A stretch of 64,000 nt of DNA from an uncultured Clostridia bacterium (GTDB taxonomy: Bacteria; Bacillota; Clostridia; TANB77; CAG-508): assembly GCA_934180065.1 (NCBI GenBank), contig CAKPRA010000004.1, positions 4,786 to 68,785 of the forward strand. Direction: 5' to 3'. This document shows, piece by piece, positions 19,056 through 28,783 of the stretch. Below the pieces are notes generated by a model that was given only the letters and a program-made list of their open reading frames with translations, was not told the origin of the DNA and ran no database searches. Within the stretch, counting starts at the first letter, position 1. Each line of letters begins with the position of its first letter. The translations under genes were made by a program, and so were the position numbers.

Positions 19056-19880
19056 ATGAAAATAGTACGAAAAATAATTTCTTATATTTTTTCAATATTA
19101 TTAGTCACACTAATGTTTGCAACAATAATATTATCAATGGTAAATGCAGTAATATTTAGCAAATCAAATATAAAAAATAAAATGCAAAAAGTGGACTATT
19201 ATTCAGAAATAAGTAATATAATAAAAGATTCAGCAAACAACTATATAATGCAATCTGGATTTGATGAGTCAATAATGGATAGTGTAATACCAAAAGAAAA
19301 AATAAATAATGACATAGATAAAGTTATAGATGCTATATATGATGGTAAAGAAATAGATATATCAACAGAAGAAATAAGAGCAGGCTTAGATGAAAATGTA
19401 CAAAAATACATACAACAGAATAATTATAAGGTAGATGCTCAAGCTCAAAAAGACATAGCAAAATTTGAAGAAAAAATAGAATCAATATATGCAAATAGTA
19501 TAACATATTCAAAAAATGCGATAAAAGAAGTCGTAAAATACTTTAAAATGGCTAAAAGAATTACAAGATTAATGCTAATTGTAATTTCAATTTTATTAAT
19601 AATATTAGCATTCATAACATATAAAATAAATAGAGCATCATTTGGAATCTCATTAGTAGCAACAGGGATAATATGCATATTTATAAAATGTTATTCAAGT
19701 TTAAATATAGCTGTAAATAATATTTTAATGGTAAATAAAACTTTTTCAAACTTAATGATAAGTTTAATAAACCAAGTAGTACAATATATATTTATATGTG
19801 GTATTATATTGACTATTTTGGGAATAGCATTAATTATACTTTTTGAAAGAAAATCAGCAAGCGAAAAATATGAAAATTGA
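19056..19880 (+). CDS. membrane protein, unknown function
   Basis: N-terminal and C-terminal TM segments. Confidence 0.45.
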   Translation: MKIVRKIISYIFSILLVTLMFATIILSMVNAVIFSKSNIKNKMQKVDYYSEISNIIKDSANNYIMQSGFDESIMDSVIPKEKINNDIDKVIDAIYDGKEIDISTEEIRAGLDENVQKYIQQNNYKVDAQAQKDIAKFEEKIESIYANSITYSKNAIKEVVKYFKMAKRITRLMLIVISILLIILAFITYKINRASFGISLVATGIICIFIKCYSSLNIAVNNILMVNKTFSNLMISLINQVVQYIFICGIILTILGIALIILFERKSASEKYEN

Positions 19881-19884
19881 GTAA

Positions 19885-19920
19885 AAGTAATAACTGCTTA
19901 ATAAAAAGCAGTTATTATTA
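19885..19920 (+). terminator. rho-independent terminator
   Basis: gtaataactgctt taataa aaagcagttattattatt. Confidence 0.6.
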
Positions 19921-20199
19921 TTGCAATTGAATTTTGACAAAAATGAATACTACATAACAAAATATAAGGCAGAAAAATGTCGAATAAAATGAAACAAACA
20001 AAAATGCCGGAATATATTGACAAATATACAAAAATATAGTTTAATAAATGTCGAAATTCAAATGAGAAAATTAACATAATTAGTGCATAATTAGAAAAGC
20101 AAGCCATTCTCTAATATGCGAAAAAAGTTCAAACATAAGAGAAAGATATTGTATAGGGCAATATTTAAAGGATGTAAAACAAAAAATGGGGGATGTTTT

Positions 20200-20962
20200 A
20201 TGGAAAAAGTAATGGCACAAATAAAGGAAGTAGAAAATAGACAGACTATATCTAAATCTGTAATAAAGAGCGAAATAAAATCAATGAAGAAAGTTTCTAA
20301 AGTGTTTAGAGCTTTGCAGATTTTGAGATATAATACTAAATTAGTTACATATAAATTTATAAAGAGAACTGTAGATATATGTGCAGGGTTAGTAGGAACT
20401 ATGCTATTATTGCCAATAATGGCTGTCGTAAAAATAGCATATTTAAAACAAGGAGACCATGCACCTATTTTGTTTAAGCAGAAGAGAATTGGAAAAGACG
20501 GGAAAGAGATTGAAATATATAAAATAAGAAGTATGGTATGTAATGCAGAAGAAGTATTAAAAAAATTGATGAAAGAAGATCCAAAGATTAGAGCGGAATA
20601 TAAGAAAAATAAGAAATTGGAACATGACCCCAGAGTTACAAAAATTGGAAAAATATTGCGTAAAACAAGTTTAGATGAATTTCGGACAATTTATCAATTT
20701 ATTAAAGGGCGATATGTCACTTATAGGTCCACGCCCATATTTGCCACGTGAAAAAGAAGATATGGGAGAATATTATGAAGATATTATAGCATGCAAACCA
20801 GCTCTAGGAGGAGTATGGCAAGCTAGAGGACGATCAAATGTTGGTTTTGAAAATAGATGTAGATTAGATAGATTTTATAATAAACATAAGGGATTATGGT
20901 TTGACTTTAAGATATTGATTTGGACTGTAGTATCAGTATTTCAAAGTAAAGGAGCAAGATAG
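20200..20962 (+). pseudogene. short-form polyprenyl-phosphate sugar phosphotransferase (bacterial sugar transferase), interrupted by a +1 frameshift near 20683
   Basis: Frame 1 reads KIRSM...DPRVTKIGKILRKTSLDEF and frame 2 continues as FGQFINLLKGDMSLIGPRPYLPRE. Together these form the conserved sugar-transferase core, but split across two frames. Confidence 0.7.
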
Positions 20963-20972
20963 GGGGAAAATA

Positions 20973-22616
20973 ATGGAATTTATAATATCAGCAGTGTTAG
21001 CATTGTTATTATGTAGTTTTGAATTATCAAAGTATATTATACTATTTATAATTTTCAGTATAACGTTTGCTATACTAAAAATGTTTTTTTCAAAAAGAAT
21101 AAAAAAAATGAGGAAAAGCGTAATATTACAAATAGGTCCATCTCTTGAGGATAAAGGTGGAATGGTAACTGTAATGGAGCAAATTGTTTCATCAAGATTA
21201 AAAAAAGAATATAACATAATTCATATACCAACATATATAGTAGGAGATAAATATAAATTATTTATAAAAGCTATATTCAAATTTGTTTTATATAAAATAC
21301 AATACAATGTAGAATTAGTACATATTCATACTGCATCAAATGGAAGTTTTTTTAGAAAGTCAATATTTGTAAGACTATGTAATTTGACAAAAACAAAGGT
21401 TATATTGCATGCACATGGGGCAGGCTTTAAAGAGTTTTATGAGAAAACAAATAAAAAAGAATATATAAAATCTACATTAAATAAAGTAGATAAACTAATA
21501 GTACTATCTGAAAGTTGGAAAGAATTTTATTCAACGCTAATGAACTCAGAAAAAATAGAGGTAATATATAATAGTATGGATATTCCAGAAAACATACAAA
21601 AAAGTAAAAATGAAGTAACACATGGGTTGTTTTTAGGAAGGCTAGGAAAAAGAAAAGGAACATATGATTTAATTGATGCTGTAGAAAAATTATCAAAAGA
21701 AAATGTAAAGTTAAAAATAACTCTAGCTGGTGATGGAGAAATAGAAAAAGTAAAAAATGTGATAAAAGAAAAAAAATTAGAGCAATATTTTGAAGTTGTT
21801 GGTTGGATTGGAAAAGAAAGAAAACAGGAATTATTAAAAAGTTCAGATTTTTTAGTACTACCATCATATAATGAAGGTTTGCCAATGGCAGTACTTGAAG
21901 CAATGAGCAGAAAACTATTAGTAATTTCTACATATGTTGGAGGGATTCCAGAAGTAATAAGAGACAAAGAAAATGGTTTGTTGATAGAACCTGGAAATAT
22001 AGAACAATTAACTAGTTCACTAAAAATAGCTATAAATGATAAATTGAAATGTGATGAGATGGCTGAAAAAGCATATCAGACAGTAAATTCTAAATTTAAT
22101 GAGAAAGATATGATAAATAACATAGAAATGATATATAAAGCATTAATATATAAAAATATTAAATTATGCTTAACTTCATCAGCAGGTGGACATTTTATGC
22201 AATTAAAACAGCTATTTAAAATGGCAAATAAATATGATTGGTTTATTGTAACAGAGAAAAACACAATATCAATGCAATTAAAAAATAAATATAAAATGAA
22301 ATTTCTAATACAACAGGAAAGAAAAAGTGTGGACTTCATATTTAAATTTGGATTAAATATTTTAAAATCAATATGGATAATATACTCACAAAATCCAGAT
22401 GTAATAATAAGTACAGGTGCAGGAGCAACATATGTTTTATGTAAGCTAGTGAAATTAACAGGTGGAAAAGTTATATTTTCAGAGAGTTTTGCAAAAATAA
22501 AATCTCCTACAGTAACAGGGCAGAAAGTATATAAATTTGCTGATGACTTTTATGTGCAGTGGCCGGAAATGTTAAAATTCTATCCAAATGCAAAATATAA
22601 AGGAGGCATATACTAA
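20973..22616 (+). CDS. fusion of a GT4 glycosyltransferase and an Alg14-like domain (CpsF/EpsE-type)
   Basis: The N-terminal half has GT4 features and an E-x7-E-like region (GLPMAVLEAMS). The C-terminal 150 aa reads LCLTSSAGGHFMQLKQL..., which matches Alg14/Cps14F. Confidence 0.7.
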   Translation: MEFIISAVLALLLCSFELSKYIILFIIFSITFAILKMFFSKRIKKMRKSVILQIGPSLEDKGGMVTVMEQIVSSRLKKEYNIIHIPTYIVGDKYKLFIKAIFKFVLYKIQYNVELVHIHTASNGSFFRKSIFVRLCNLTKTKVILHAHGAGFKEFYEKTNKKEYIKSTLNKVDKLIVLSESWKEFYSTLMNSEKIEVIYNSMDIPENIQKSKNEVTHGLFLGRLGKRKGTYDLIDAVEKLSKENVKLKITLAGDGEIEKVKNVIKEKKLEQYFEVVGWIGKERKQELLKSSDFLVLPSYNEGLPMAVLEAMSRKLLVISTYVGGIPEVIRDKENGLLIEPGNIEQLTSSLKIAINDKLKCDEMAEKAYQTVNSKFNEKDMINNIEMIYKALIYKNIKLCLTSSAGGHFMQLKQLFKMANKYDWFIVTEKNTISMQLKNKYKMKFLIQQERKSVDFIFKFGLNILKSIWIIYSQNPDVIISTGAGATYVLCKLVKLTGGKVIFSESFAKIKSPTVTGQKVYKFADDFYVQWPEMLKFYPNAKYKGGIY

Positions 22617-22617
22617 A

Positions 22618-23112
22618 ATGAGAATATTTGTAACATTAGGAACACAGAAATTCCAATTTGATAGACTATTAAAAAAATTAGATGAACTTGTAGATCAGAA
22701 TAAAATAAAATCTGAAGATTTAACTGTTCAATGCGTATATGCAGAGTATCAACCTAAAAATTTTACTATGTTTGCAATGAAACCGCAAAACGAAATAGAA
22801 GAAATAATGAAAAATGTAGACTTAGTTATAACACATTCTGGAACAGGAAGTATCATTACTTCATTAAAGTTAGAGAAAAAAATAATAATTGTTCCAAGAT
22901 TAAAAAAATATGGGGAACATGTTGATAATCATCAAGTTGAATTAGCAGAAGTATTTAAAGAGAAAGTAAATGTGATTGTAGTAGATGATATGAATGATTT
23001 AGAAAAAGCAATACAAGAAAGTATGACACATAAGTATGGAAAATGGAAATCCAATAATAAAGAGATGATTGAGAGCATTGATAGCGATGTTAAAGCTACT
23101 ATAAAATTTTAA
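22618..23112 (+). CDS. Alg13-like glycosyltransferase subunit (CpsG/EpsF-type, GT28 C-terminal domain)
   Basis: MRIFVTLGTQKF...ITHSGTGS. An RBS (ggagg) lies 12 nt upstream. It pairs with the upstream Alg14-like domain. Confidence 0.75.
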   Translation: MRIFVTLGTQKFQFDRLLKKLDELVDQNKIKSEDLTVQCVYAEYQPKNFTMFAMKPQNEIEEIMKNVDLVITHSGTGSIITSLKLEKKIIIVPRLKKYGEHVDNHQVELAEVFKEKVNVIVVDDMNDLEKAIQESMTHKYGKWKSNNKEMIESIDSDVKATIKF

Positions 23113-23135
23113 TTAGATAAAAGGAGTATAAAACA

Positions 23136-24008
23136 ATGTTAAGAGAAGTATACAGATGGATAATTGCCTTGGTATCTGGGATATCACCAAAATTAGCTAG
23201 TAAAATTTATTATAGAACAAAATTACATAAGAAATTAGATATTGTTCAGCCAAAGTTATTTAATGAGAAATTAATGTGGTTAAAACTAAATGAATATGAA
23301 AATAATAAGCTCATCACAAAATGTGTTGACAAATACAAAGTTAGAGAGTATGTAAAGCAATGCGGATGCAGTGAAATTCTAAATGAATTGATAGATGTTT
23401 ATGATAATGCAGATGAGATTAATTTTGAAAAATTACCTGACAAGTTTGTTCTTAAATGTAACCATGCGGCAGGATATAATATAATATGTAATGATAAAAG
23501 CAAATTAGACAAAGAAGAAACAAGAAAAAAATTGAAAAAATGGATGAAGATAGATTATTGGAAATTTGTTGCTGAGGTTCAATATAAAAATGTTGATAAG
23601 AAAATTGTATGTGAAAAATTTCTTGAATCAAAAGATGGTAATGCAATAGAAGACTATAAAATATATTGCTTTAATGGAGTACCTGAATTTTGTATGGTTT
23701 GTATTGGTAGAAATTTAGGAAAACCAACATACTACTTGTTTGATAAAAATTGGAAATTGATGAGAATAAATCCAGCAGGAATAAATGCACCAGAAGGTTT
23801 CACAATAGAAAAGCCAAAATGTATAGATCAAATGTATGAATATGCCAAAATTTTATCGAAACCATTTAAATTTGTAAGAGCTGATTTTTATGATTATAAT
23901 GGCAAACCAATATTTGGAGAATTAACTTTTACACCAGCTGGATGCATTGACAAAAATTATACAGATGAAGCGCAACTTAAGTTAGGAGAACTAATTAATC
24001 TAAAATAA
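23136..24008 (+). CDS. TupA-like ATP-grasp enzyme
   Basis: LKCNHAAGYNIIC and the CFNG....TFTPAGC layout match the TupA-like ATP-grasp family (teichuronic-acid/capsule context). Confidence 0.6.
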   Translation: MLREVYRWIIALVSGISPKLASKIYYRTKLHKKLDIVQPKLFNEKLMWLKLNEYENNKLITKCVDKYKVREYVKQCGCSEILNELIDVYDNADEINFEKLPDKFVLKCNHAAGYNIICNDKSKLDKEETRKKLKKWMKIDYWKFVAEVQYKNVDKKIVCEKFLESKDGNAIEDYKIYCFNGVPEFCMVCIGRNLGKPTYYLFDKNWKLMRINPAGINAPEGFTIEKPKCIDQMYEYAKILSKPFKFVRADFYDYNGKPIFGELTFTPAGCIDKNYTDEAQLKLGELINLK

Positions 24009-24023
24009 TAAGGATGGGAAAAT

Positions 24024-25013
24024 ATGAAGACAATAGGTTTCTTAAAAAGTGACAAAGAAAATGAAAAAAGAATATCATTATATCCGCGAGATATAAAAAA
24101 TATAAAAAATAAAGAATATATATATATAGAAGAAAATTATGGAGCAGATTGTAATATATTAGATGAGGAATATATGTTAGCAGGATGTAAAGTAGTACCA
24201 AGAAATGAAATATTAAAAAAAGATATAATCTGTGATGCCAAAATAGGTGATGCTGGCTATTTAAAAGATATAAAGAAAAAAACAATATTTGGTTGGATAC
24301 ATGCGGTACAAAACAAAGAAATTACAGATATTTTAATAAATAATAAATTAACTGCTTTTGCTTGGGAAGATATGTATGAGAAAAATAGACATGTGTTTTG
24401 GAGAAACAATGAAATAGCAGGAGAAACAGCAGTAATGCATGCGTTATTGTTACATGGAATTATGCCATATGATGCAAAAGTTGGAATATTGGGAAATGGA
24501 AATACAGCTAGAGGAGCATATAGAGTACTTACTCAATTAGGAGCAAGTGTAACAATGTATAATAGAAAAATGGAGGATTTATTCAAAGAGGAATTAAATC
24601 AATTTGATATAATTGTTAATGCAATTTTATGGAATGTAGATAGAAAAGACCACATAATAAATAAAGAAGATTTAAAAAAACTAAAAAGAGGTTCGTTAAT
24701 AATAGATGTAAGTTGTGATAAAAACGGAGCAATTGAAACTAGTATACCAACAACTATAGAGAATCCTATATATAATGTGAATGGAATAACTCATTATGTA
24801 GTAGATCATACACCTGCTTTAGTATATAAAACTGTATCAAATGAAATATCTAAGAATGTATCGAGATTTATAGATCAACTTATAGAAGAAAATGTATCTC
24901 AATGTTTAAAAAAAGCACAAATTACAAAAGATGGTATTATTTTGGATGAGAAGATTTTGAAATATCAAGGACGTGTTAATATAAATGAAAAAAGTTATAA
25001 AAAAGATTTATAA
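24024..25013 (+). CDS. AlaDH/PNT-fold dehydrogenase resembling N5-(1-carboxyethyl)-L-ornithine synthase (opine-type)
   Basis: Rossmann motif GILGNGNTARGA. The size (329 aa) and overall layout match the CEOS / alanine dehydrogenase N-terminal and C-terminal domains. Confidence 0.5.
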   Translation: MKTIGFLKSDKENEKRISLYPRDIKNIKNKEYIYIEENYGADCNILDEEYMLAGCKVVPRNEILKKDIICDAKIGDAGYLKDIKKKTIFGWIHAVQNKEITDILINNKLTAFAWEDMYEKNRHVFWRNNEIAGETAVMHALLLHGIMPYDAKVGILGNGNTARGAYRVLTQLGASVTMYNRKMEDLFKEELNQFDIIVNAILWNVDRKDHIINKEDLKKLKRGSLIIDVSCDKNGAIETSIPTTIENPIYNVNGITHYVVDHTPALVYKTVSNEISKNVSRFIDQLIEENVSQCLKKAQITKDGIILDEKILKYQGRVNINEKSYKKDL

Positions 25014-25851
25014 AAAGATGACTGGTGGATTATATAAAGTTTCGGCTGTAAAAAAAGCAAAAATAGATTATAGATTGGCTACTGGCAAGAAACTAAATTT
25101 GAAGAATCCGCAGAATCTAAATGAAAAATTACAATGGCTTAATTTATATACATATGATGAGAGAAAAGTGAAGTGTGCAGATAAATATTTTGCAAGAGAA
25201 TATATTATTAAACATGGATTAGAGGAATATTTGCCAAAATTAATAGGGGTATATGAAAATGTAGATGATATTGATTTTGAAAAATTACCTGAAAAGTTTG
25301 CACTAAAATGCACACATGGTGCAGGATTCAATATTATTTGTAAAAATAAATCCATTTTAGACATAGAAAAATCTAAAAAAGATTTAAATAAGTGGCTACA
25401 TACGGATTTTGGAATAAGTGCAGGAGAAATGCATTATTCTAAAATGAAACCAAGAATAATATGTGAGGAATTTTTAGATGGTCTTGACAATGATGTTCCT
25501 ATTGATTATAAATTTTTCTGTTTTAACGGCGTACCAAGATTTTTGGAAGTATGTACAGGAAGATTCAAAGCTTTGAAATTTTCATTCTATGACATGGATT
25601 GGAATTTTTTAGATTACCAGTCTAAAAAGTACAAGGGAAAATCAGAATTTATTGGTAAGCCAAAATCTTTTGACAAGATGAAAGAAATTGCGAAATCACT
25701 TTCAAACGGTTTCAATTTTGTGAGAGTTGATTTATTTGATATTAAAGGTAAACCTTATATTGGAGAAATGACATTTACACCTCATGCAGGTAGAATTACT
25801 TCAATGAGCGATGAGGCTTTAAAAAAGACAGGAGATATGTTAATGATATAA
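24985..25851 (+). CDS. TupA-like ATP-grasp enzyme (paralog of 23136..24008)
   Basis: LKCTHGAGFNIIC and CFNGVPRF...TFTPHAG. Clearly paralogous to the upstream ATP-grasp. Confidence 0.6.
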   Translation: MKKVIKKIYKKMTGGLYKVSAVKKAKIDYRLATGKKLNLKNPQNLNEKLQWLNLYTYDERKVKCADKYFAREYIIKHGLEEYLPKLIGVYENVDDIDFEKLPEKFALKCTHGAGFNIICKNKSILDIEKSKKDLNKWLHTDFGISAGEMHYSKMKPRIICEEFLDGLDNDVPIDYKFFCFNGVPRFLEVCTGRFKALKFSFYDMDWNFLDYQSKKYKGKSEFIGKPKSFDKMKEIAKSLSNGFNFVRVDLFDIKGKPYIGEMTFTPHAGRITSMSDEALKKTGDMLMI

Positions 25852-25995
25852 TAAAAACTGAAATATATAACTAAAAATAATGTTAAAGTAAAAAAGTGTA
25901 TGTATATACAAAGTATTATAAAATGTTTATATTATGTGTGTTAAAATTAACATAAATAAGGAAGTGAATAGTATAGTAGAAAGGAGGATATTATA

Positions 25996-27186
25996 ATGCT
26001 TAAATTAAAAAAAATTAATTTATATGATGTTCTTATAAAGATTATATTAATATATACTATGTCTACATTAGTATATAAGTTTTCAAATAAAATTCAATTA
26101 AATAATATATTAGGAATATTGTGTATTATTGATATTAGTGCAATTGCAATAAAAAAGTGTAAAATAAAAGATTTTTGTGTATTAGTATTTATAATATGTA
26201 CAAATCTTAGTGCTATTATTATGACACATGATTTTACAATAACATTAGATCATATATTACATTTTGATTCAACAATATTAACATTATATATAATATTAAA
26301 TAGAAGTTTTAGAGAAAATATACCTATTTTTTTAGAAAAAAATAATAGATTAATGAAATTTGTCATATATTTTTCAATGATAATTACAGCAGTTACTCTA
26401 TTTATACCACAATGTTATGCTAATAATACAGGTGAAATTGTATATGCTGGATTAAGTAATGGAAGTCATACTTTAGCAAGTTGCCTATGTTTAATAAACG
26501 TTGTTATTATGTGTTATTTAAAAAAACAAAAGTTTAAACCAAGTCAACTAATATTATTAGGAATATCAGTATTTGCGATATTTAAAAGTGGATCTAGAGT
26601 ATACTTATTAGCATTGTTGATATTGTTAATCTTATTTTACAAGGATAAAATTAAAAAGTGCTCTTTAAAGCCAATAATTCTTTTAGCGATGAGCTTTGTA
26701 ATTGTCAATCTATTCTTATCATCATCAATGTTTACAAGATTTGTATCAACTACAAATAATCAATACATATCTGAAAATCCAATAGAGGCAATGACAAGTG
26801 GACGAGTTATCTGGTGGAAATATGATATAGAGGCATTTAATGAGTTTAATGTAATTAACAAGCTTTTAGGAAATGGTTTTGATTGTGTATACAATATAAA
26901 TGAAAGCAGATATGGTATGAAAATCTGGGCTCATAACGATTTCATTCAATTACTATTAAGTATAGGGATATTTGGATTGTTAATATATATTTATATAATA
27001 ATAAAATGTACTATAACGATAAAAAAAGAAAGTAATGTAAAATATAATTCGATTTTATGGTTTATATATGTTATTGGTTCAGCATCATTTAATGGATTCT
27101 ATACTCAACAACATTATGTATTTAGTGCAATTTTATTAGCATATTTAATGATTAACAATAGAAAGGAAAATAGTGATGAAATGTGA
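25996..27186 (+). CDS. O-antigen/capsule polymerase (Wzy-like) polytopic membrane protein
   Basis: About 10 TM helices. Wzy_C-like loop (WAHNDFIQLL). Confidence 0.6.
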   Translation: MLKLKKINLYDVLIKIILIYTMSTLVYKFSNKIQLNNILGILCIIDISAIAIKKCKIKDFCVLVFIICTNLSAIIMTHDFTITLDHILHFDSTILTLYIILNRSFRENIPIFLEKNNRLMKFVIYFSMIITAVTLFIPQCYANNTGEIVYAGLSNGSHTLASCLCLINVVIMCYLKKQKFKPSQLILLGISVFAIFKSGSRVYLLALLILLILFYKDKIKKCSLKPIILLAMSFVIVNLFLSSSMFTRFVSTTNNQYISENPIEAMTSGRVIWWKYDIEAFNEFNVINKLLGNGFDCVYNINESRYGMKIWAHNDFIQLLLSIGIFGLLIYIYIIIKCTITIKKESNVKYNSILWFIYVIGSASFNGFYTQQHYVFSAILLAYLMINNRKENSDEM

Positions 27187-28264
27187 GGCAAAGGTTACAG
27201 TTATAATACCACTGTATAATAGTGAAAAGTATATAAAAAAATGTGTAGAATCTATAATTGAGCAAACATATAAAAATATTGAGATACTAGTAATAAATGA
27301 TGGTTCAACTGATAATTCTTTAGGCGTTTTAAATGAAATAAATGACTCTAGAATAAGGATTATAAATCAAAATAATCATGGGGTAAGTTATTCAAGGAAC
27401 ATGGGGATAAAGAGTAGTTTGGGAAAGTATATCTTTTTTATTGATGCAGATGATTGGATTCATTCTAAAACAATAGAAGATTTAGTAAACATTGCTGTAT
27501 GCAATAATGTAGATATTGTAAAATGCAATTTTTGTCGAGAGAATGAAAACAAAATGGTAAAAAATGATATTTCAAATTTAAATAATATATGTAAAAAAAA
27601 TATATTGAAATGTGATTATGAAAATCTAATATACGCAAAAATACCAATTACCAATTTTTTTAATGTTGTGTGGGGGCAATTAATTAAAAAAGATATAATA
27701 TCAGAACTATTTGATGAAAGGATTTGTTTTGGAGAAGATTTTTTATTTAATGTTAAATTATTAAAAAATAGCAAATCAATTTACATATATAATGAGGTAT
27801 TATACCATTATACAACAAGTAATAATGGAATAAATAGAAATAAAAGTATTGAAAAGACAAAAATAAAATGTGAAGACTTGATGAATGTATATGCTGAAAT
27901 TTTATCAATATTAAAAGATAATATAGATAAGGAAATTTTCAAAAAATTTCAGATAAAATTTTTAGAAGATATATTAAATAAAATTTTTGATGTGTTATCT
28001 ATTAATTTGAAAATTAAAGAAAAAGTGAAATTTATTGAAACGATATTTGAGGATAAAAAATATAATAATTGTATTGATGAACTAAAGCCAAATGAGTTAA
28101 AAATAAAAAAATCGAAAAATTCGTTATTATTAAGACAAATGGTTAAGAAAAGAAAATATACAATTTTTATTATATCATGTTTTGTGTATATTCCTATCAA
28201 GAGAATATTAAAATTCTTTTCTGAAAGGAGTAAATATTTTGAAAAAAGAAGATCTAATAGCTAG
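27173..28264 (+). CDS. family 2 glycosyltransferase
   Basis: VIIPLYNSEKYIKKCVESIIEQTY...NDGSTD, then DADD. Confidence 0.8.
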   Translation: MMKCEAKVTVIIPLYNSEKYIKKCVESIIEQTYKNIEILVINDGSTDNSLGVLNEINDSRIRIINQNNHGVSYSRNMGIKSSLGKYIFFIDADDWIHSKTIEDLVNIAVCNNVDIVKCNFCRENENKMVKNDISNLNNICKKNILKCDYENLIYAKIPITNFFNVVWGQLIKKDIISELFDERICFGEDFLFNVKLLKNSKSIYIYNEVLYHYTTSNNGINRNKSIEKTKIKCEDLMNVYAEILSILKDNIDKEIFKKFQIKFLEDILNKIFDVLSINLKIKEKVKFIETIFEDKKYNNCIDELKPNELKIKKSKNSLLLRQMVKKRKYTIFIISCFVYIPIKRILKFFSERSKYFEKRRSNS

Positions 28265-28778
28265 AATTAAAGAAGATAAAAAAAATTATAGAGATAATGA
28301 GCCCATTAGAGAAATTTATAAAAAAATAACAAATAATAAAGAAAAACAAATAGAAAAAAGTATAATTTGTGCGAGAAAATATAGATATTATAATGAGAAT
28401 AGAAGTAGTATGATTAATAAAATTAAATTTATATATTATGCAAAAAAAAATAATATATTATCAAATAGAAACCAAATAGAACTTTATGGTCGATTTGGAA
28501 AAAATCTAAAAATTTATCATTCAGGAATAATAGTTAATAAATCAGCTATTATTGGAGATAATGTTAAGATGCATGGATTAAACTGCATAGGTAATAATGG
28601 AGATAGCGGCTCACCAATAATTGGAAATAATGTAGATATAGGAGTTGGAGCAGTTATTATTGGAAACATTGAAATTGCTGATAATATAATAATTGGAGCT
28701 AATGCTGTTGTTAATAAATCCTTTAAGGAAGAAGGAATAACAATAGCAGGAGTACCAGCAAGAAAAATAAAAGGATAG
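28239..28778 (+). CDS. hexapeptide-repeat O-acetyltransferase (left-handed beta-helix)
   Basis: Repeating IGxxxxIGxxVxI hexapeptides in the C-terminal half. Confidence 0.7.
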   Translation: MKKEDLIARIKEDKKNYRDNEPIREIYKKITNNKEKQIEKSIICARKYRYYNENRSSMINKIKFIYYAKKNNILSNRNQIELYGRFGKNLKIYHSGIIVNKSAIIGDNVKMHGLNCIGNNGDSGSPIIGNNVDIGVGAVIIGNIEIADNIIIGANAVVNKSFKEEGITIAGVPARKIKG

Positions 28779-28783
28779 GTGCA

